Shown piece by piece: positions 56,556 through 64,000 of a stretch of DNA of 64,000 bases; positions within the stretch are counted from its first letter, which is position 1; every line of letters begins with the position of its first letter. The stretch is from assembly GCF_009914755.1 (NCBI RefSeq), contig NC_060926.1; one strand, written 5' to 3'. The stretch is from the human T2T-CHM13v2.0 reference genome, Homo sapiens. A program made the position numbers and the translations under genes. The notes beneath the pieces were generated by a model. That model did no database searches and was not told the DNA's origin. It worked only from the letters and a program-made list of their open reading frames with translations.

Positions 56556-58780
56556 GATGGCAGATGTTTCATCTCAGGTGAAAACTTGGAGATGTTGACA
56601 GTGACATCTTAGAAGGCACTTTGAGAATAATTGTGAGGTCCTTGCAGGACCCAGAGGGGAAGAGTACGGAGATCAGATACTGGTGTCTCTAGGGGTAGTG
56701 GGAGCACTCAGAGGCTCTCCTGCCAGGTGTCTGCATCATTCACAGATACAAAGTACAGGATTGCACAAGGAAGTGCAATGCCCACATGCAATGTTGAGGT
56801 GAGGAATACAGGAGTCTGGCTTGGCAGCATAAGGATACTGATTGGCTTTTGGCTAAAGAGAAGCATTTACTGGAGCCCTTTCTAAGTGCCAGGCATACTG
56901 GATAATTGGATAATGCATACATTATCATGCATATAAGACACACTTCACTGACCTAAAGCAGGCCCAGCCTTGACTGTGTGGACTGAAAAGAAGAGACTGA
57001 TGGGAGAGAGGGAAGGGCAGGCAGTGGCAGTTGTGGGATCCTGAGGTGCTGGGAGGCACACCGAAGCCCTTCTTGCCCTCCTGGGGCCCTGGGTGAGATG
57101 CCGGGAGAGCATGAGGAGCGCCTGCACATGTGTCCGCCTGGGAACCCTGTCTACAGCCCAAGAGGGCATGAAATCAGAAATCAGGATGGGAGAGGGGCTT
57201 TCCCAGTGCCCCTTGGGAAGAATCCAATCTGTTTATCAATGCCTAGCAACAACTTTAAAGCCAATCCGTCACACACCCTGTGGTGGGGTGAGCGAATGCC
57301 AAAAGATTTCTGAAGAGCTGGGACTAGAAGCCAACTTCTGTCGGCTCCCCTGGCTGGCTGAAATTCAATGTCGCCAGGTTTGCCTACTGTGCAGTCTAAA
57401 CAATGCCACTCAGCTCATCTGTGTCGCGGAATTTCTTCGGGACTCCATTCGAGGATGTGCTCAGAAAGGCCAACTTGAAAAAGCTGAAGCATGGTGTTTG
57501 CCATCGTTGAATAACAGACGTCACAGAGACTTAATTCAGCTCCTGGAATCAGTTGTTCTCTTCCACATATCCAAGTGGCCAGAATCTTCAGCTGAAATGC
57601 ATTTGATTCCATGACCATTTGCCTAAGAGAAGATTTCCCTTTGAGTGTCTCAAGACCAGAGCTCAAAACAAGGGAGAGAAAGAGGAAAGGGACAGGAAGA
57701 AAGAGAGAGAAGTTGGCCTCTAGGGAAAGAAAAGAAAAATTCAGTCCTGGCGCACACTGCAGCAAACACACAAAACCCTTTTTGTTCCAAGGCCAAAGCC
57801 CCGAACAATGAGCCGTCGGGGCGCCTTTGAAAAATGCTCACGTGCCCACTGGAGCAGAGCTGACTGCGTTACAAGCAGGGAGCCCAGGAGTTGTCTATAA
57901 ATTAGTGGAAAATGAAGTTCCATTATAAATCCTTTTAACAGGAGATATCGCTGGCACCCTTCTTGATGTGTGGCACTTTCTCAATTTGAGAAAATGTCTC
58001 ATCCCTAGGAAGCAGCGGAGAAAGTTCTTTGCCAATGAATCCTTCCCGACAGGCCCCTGACTGAGGCAGTCACACTCACAGGCCCTGATGTGCGAAGCTC
58101 CATCCCCGCTCAGGCTCTGCTTGTGTTTGCAAGCCTGTGGCTGGACAGAGACTGAAGGCATTGGCTTAGAAGGGGTCACTGATTTAGGCCTCCCTCACCT
58201 GTGAGGCTTCTTTCCTGTAAGTCAACCTCCACGCCAGAAGCAGACTCCAGTCCCTACAGGGATGTTCTGAAACACACATTCTGAGACATAGGCATCTTGT
58301 GTGTTTCTGACTTCTACTACTGACTTCAAACTTGTTTTCTCACGTAAGTTCCTACTTCCTCTGTGACCTGGCCGGGCCCTCCACCTTTCCGGCAGTCTTT
58401 ACAGCGCCTTGTCCTGAAGGTGACGCTTACCACTTCTTCTATCACTCAGCCTCAGCCTCCCAGGGGAGTCCAACTGTGTGGTTCATGCAGGCTAAACGAC
58501 CTGAGCTGTATGATGGCAGGACAGAGAACCATCTTTGGATGTGCTGATAGAAGGCAAATTGGGTCTTTTGAAATGAAACACAAACAGCCTTGCCTTCTGG
58601 CCTCAATGAATGATTTATGAAACGTGTTTATTCAACTACCATTACCCAATTGAAGGAACAGGAAGACTCACCCACTCATTTATTCATTCAACAAATAATT
58701 ACACAGCACCAACAATGTGCCAGGCATGCTTCTAGGCATTTGGAATACACTGGTAACCCAATTTTTTAAAATTCTACCTT

Positions 58781-59094
<314 letters not shown>

Positions 59095-59555
59095 CTACCT
59101 TGAAGAACTTTTTAAAGATTTTTTTCAGGTGCTAAAGTCCTAAGATGCGAATGTCCTAAGTGTGGCATGTTTAGGAGCAGAAGAAGGTGAGTGCAGTCAT
59201 AGTACAGCAGAAGTAGTGGCGAGTGGAAAGCAAGGTTAGGCAGAGCTCAGATCACAGACCCGGACACCCAGGTTGATTTTATCCTAAGAATGATGAGCAC
59301 AACAGTAATGGTGTCTAAATAATGTTTTAAATAAATAATGTTTTAAAATATTAATGTGTCTGCTCCTTGGAGACCACGTTTTGAGGGAACGAGAGAGAGA
59401 GGGAGACCAGTGAAGAAGCTGTTGTAGAATGACCTAGGCAACAAGAAAATTCTGGGAAGTGCCTCGAGGATGCTGCTGGGAACCCAAAGGGGAGACTATT
59501 CTGGGATGTGGGATCAGAAAACTTCCAAGTGTAGAGAGCTCAGGGGAGGTGGTGT

Positions 59556-59661
59556 TTGACCTGAGCCTTGGACATTTGGGGACAGCAAAGAAGAGAAGAA
59601 TGAGGAGCTTGACCTGAGCCTCGGAGATTTGGGGACAGCAAAGAAGAGAAGAATGAGAAGC
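59556..59661. repeat. 53-bp tandem duplication
   Basis: Two copies of ttgacctgagcct(t/c)gga(c/g)atttggggacagcaaagaagagaagaatgag(g/a)agc, three mismatches. Confidence 0.95.
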
Positions 59662-59902
59662 CTGTTCTGGAATGTGAGCAGTGAGGCATTCCTGGAGGAC
59701 TTGTGGGGTGTAGACAAAGAGGCTGGGGAGCTGAGGCTGTAGACGCTGCTGAGTGCAGATGGTGAGAGGCTGAATGCAAGACTAAGGTGCTGGTCCTTTC
59801 TTTTGTGGCTGATAGAAAGCCCTGGGGATTATTCAGGAGGGAGGTAGGCACGTGGCTATCTTCAGTGGTGGTGTGGAAGACAGTTCTCAGAAGAGGCTAA
59901 AG

Positions 59903-60105
59903 TGGAGGTCTGCCGGCATTTTCCATGAAGGGCCAGAGTGCATCTTTTGACTTTCTGGGCTAAGTCTTGTTTTACAACTGCTCAACTCTGCAGCAGTAGA
60001 CAAATTCATAAGCAAATGGGTGTGGCTGTGTTCCAGCCAAATGTTATTTACAGAAACAGGCCTTGGGCCAGCTTCAGCCTGCTGGCCATGGTTTGTCAAC
60101 CCCCG
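59903..60105 (+). mobile_element. MER58A DNA transposon relic
   Basis: aagggccaga...caactgctcaactctgc...atgggtgtggctgtgttcca...ggtttgtcaacccc. Confidence 0.8.
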
Positions 60106-60539
60106 GGTTAAGGGAAGGGAGGGAAGTTAACCCAGTCTTGCGAAGGACGGAAAGGGCCTGGTGACTCCAGTGGCAGAGTGGAAGGAGGAACACAACTTTG
60201 AGAGGCCTTCTGCTGAATGTCAGGGCAGTAGTGGGGAATAATGGGAGTTGAGGATGACTGAAAATTTGTAGTCACAGGCAGAAGGGCTTTCTTCACTGGG
60301 TAGCAGGGGTGTAAGCTATGGAAGCAGATGAAACATCTTCCTCCCACTTACCCCCTCACATACACAAGGATGAGAGAGAGTGAAGGGGAGGATCACCGAT
60401 GTTTATCGGATAGCCAAAAAGTTAAAACCATGGCTTCAGCTGAGGCAGGAGGTGAACTACAGAAGGAAGCAGCCTCCTCGGAGCCTCCCAGAAGAGTATT
60501 TGGCCCCCAGAAGCAGAGCAGTGGCCCTGATGGCATCGG

Positions 60540-61168
<629 letters not shown>

Positions 61169-61528
61169 GGCATGAGGGATTTAATCCAGTGCTTGGTTTC
61201 TCCAGCATCTTGTTCTGATCTCTTAGCAACCAGGCAGCAGCTGTTTACTGAGAGCCTGCCACCAATGTGACCATGGACTAGGTACTCTCAGGGGCCGGGA
61301 AACACTGTGTCCTGCAGCCCTTACTGCTGTGAGTCCTGGGAGAGGCAGGAGCTATTAAAGACCACAGGGAGTCTGCTTCTTTGCAGTGCCTGAGAATGCT
61401 TTCTGGGGAAAGGAGGAGTTGTGCGAGGTAGGTAAGGCCGGTAAGAAATGTCCAAGTTGGGAGAGAAACATGCAAATATACCTGATGGCAGGAATGACCA
61501 GGCTTTAGGAGTAAAGATGAGTCTTTAG

Positions 61529-61837
<309 letters not shown>

Positions 61838-61934
61838 AGATGTTACATAATTAAAATTAGGACACGTGGGGGGAATTCTACTGTTTATTCTCTTTCCCCT
61901 TGTCTTACTGTACTTGTTATCACCGAGAGAACAG

Positions 61935-62120
61935 ACTACAGCAGCTAAGAACGTGAACCCAGGAGACAGCAACCTGGGACTGAATCTCAAACTCTCCTGA
62001 CTGTGTTAACCTCTCTGTGCCTCAGTTTTCTCTCTCTGCAAGATGGGCTGATGGTAACAGCCTACTACACAGGGCTGATGTGGGCATTCAGTAGTCAGTA
62101 CACGAGTAGGGCTAAGACCG
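61935..62120 (+). mobile_element. MIR SINE
   Basis: ttaacctctctgtgcctcagttttctc MIR core. Confidence 0.75.
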
Positions 62121-64000
62121 GCTTGGTCTGGGATACCCTGTGTCAGGGACCACCACTGTATTTCCCTGTCATCCTTCTGGACAGGTTTCAGCAACAGGAA
62201 TGTGGGAGTAGCAGCTAGGGGTCTAAGAAGCCCCCCTACTCAGCACTGATCATGGCCCCGTCTCTTTTGCTGGCTGTACAAGACACAGTGATGAGAAGGC
62301 TATCGCCTTCCCTTCCCTCTTCCCATGCCTTTCTGGGAAAGATATTTTCTTTCTCAAGATTGAAACTAGGTAGGTAGAGAACATTTTGCAGTTTTAATTA
62401 ATACAGATTTATCTACCTCCCCGGGCTGTTTGCAAGATTAATCCCTACCCTATGCCTTAAGCTCCTTAGCAGACAGACACTGTGTTCTCACCAAATAAGC
62501 TGGACTTGTGATCTTAAGCCTGATTCTCTCAGCCACTGCCCCCTCTTCTCATATAACGGCCTCCTTGCTCGCTTTAAATTGGTTGGTTGGTCCCTGTGAA
62601 TTTGAGTTTATCCTCTGCCTGGTGCAATTAAGTGTGAAAATCCTTGATCCTTGCCTTGGGTGAGGGGAGGTAGGGATATTTGTGTGGTCTGGGGAGGGCA
62701 CTGAGCTTGAATTCAATCCTGAAGTGATTCTGACAACCGAGGCTGTGGTCCCCGACCCCCTGGGTGGGTTTCTGAGCAACTCCTAAAGGGGACGAAGACC
62801 CGGGGTGTGTGGTGGGGGGAAGGGACACAGAGGAGAGAATGAGCAGAGTTGGAGGATATTGATGCATCTGCTAACTTGGTAGAATAGCTTGAAACCACAG
62901 TCCCTGAATTAGTCATACAGTTGTGTTTAGAAATGGTTGCAGGACATCACTCTGCTCATCGATTTGTAAAAGCTTCTTATGCATAGGGTATATCAACATA
63001 AATAATTTGCATCTGGGGTTTGCCCAGCACAGTGCTTTGCTTTTGTTGATTTGATTTGTTCTTATGTGAGCATCTTATTCCTTGAAAAAACCCTAAAGAA
63101 CCAAGTGTTACAAATGTATCCCTGCTTTTTGGTCATATTTAAAATTTCATTCCCTAATACAGTAGCACATGTCTTACCAAGCTGCAATGACCTGGGTAAA
63201 TCAAGAGGAAAATGGGGGCAGGAGGCTCCTCTGAGGCTCTGTGCTTCAAAGAACCATAATAACATGTTAAAAGAATGCCAAAGCATATACTCACTAAAAT
63301 GGAAATTGAAGCGAACTATCTCTTTGCATATGCCACAATTACATCAGCAGGTTAATGTGGAAAAAAAATGCTGATTTTTATGTAAGTTAACAGTGGAAAA
63401 GGCTGTAGTTCTCACCTCAGCCTTGCTAATACTCATCAAAACTAACCAGAATCAGATTCTAATAGAACTTCAAAAAAAAATTGAAGGCAGAATTTCTTAA
63501 GAAAACTATGCAACATCAGAGGTCTAGTAATATGCTCTATGAAAAAATAATACCATGCCCAATAAATTTGATAAATATCCCATATTATAATATCTCAGGA
63601 ATTCATAAGAATAAGCATGTTAAACATTCTAAGAAGTCTGTAGACAAATAAGTTTCCTACTTTACTTAAACAAGGAAGCCTGTTGACCACAAAGAACTTA
63701 CCGAACACCCCCTGAAATTGTTTTTCATCAAAACGTCTTTGGAATTTAGTCTGTAGGTTCTAGGAGGAAGCTCGTGTGGACTTCTCAATATTGGTGATAA
63801 CTGCATCTGAAAAATTTTAAAATACCCAACGCCTCCTAAAAGGCCTGGGCCCACACTGAAGAATAGAACTGGTGACTGACCATGCCTATGAAAATCTCTA
63901 AAACAATCGTTCTCAAACTCTAGGATGTATCAGAATTGGCTGGAGAACTGGGCTCATAGAGCGGGACAGGGCCTACACCTCCAAAATTTTGCCAAGTTTC

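Noticed and set aside
57093-57614. 173-aa plus-strand ORF in unique sequence
   Set aside because: Starts at GTG, resembles no protein family I recognise and has no clear exon boundaries. An ORF of this length can occur by chance in 64 kb. PhyloCSF would settle it.

Overview
Primate (great ape, most likely human) non-coding genomic DNA, dense in interspersed repeats: a full-length but dead L1PA2-like LINE-1 with a 13-bp target-site duplication (TSD), about 12 Alus (J, S and Y types), MaLR/ERVL solo LTRs, MIR, L2 and old L1M relics, hAT-Charlie (MER5A/MER58) DNA transposon fossils, microsatellites and a 3'-truncated 7SK retropseudogene. I found no host protein-coding exon. The only recognisable proteins in the ORF track are L1 ORF1, ORF2 and ORF0 fragments. 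A CpG-rich, hairpin-rich unique segment at about 25.6-26.0 kb ending in a minus-strand splice donor looks like a non-coding first exon or promoter of a gene I cannot name, with a possible downstream exon near 16 kb. I see no evidence for a new biological system. The best leads are small-scale: that structured putative first exon, an L1 ORF0 mutation that is both a stop codon and a splice-donor improvement, a triple-nested MER58B/L1/7SK insertion, and two loci carrying three copies of one target site. Repeat subfamily calls come from remembered consensus sequences, and boundaries of old repeats are approximate.
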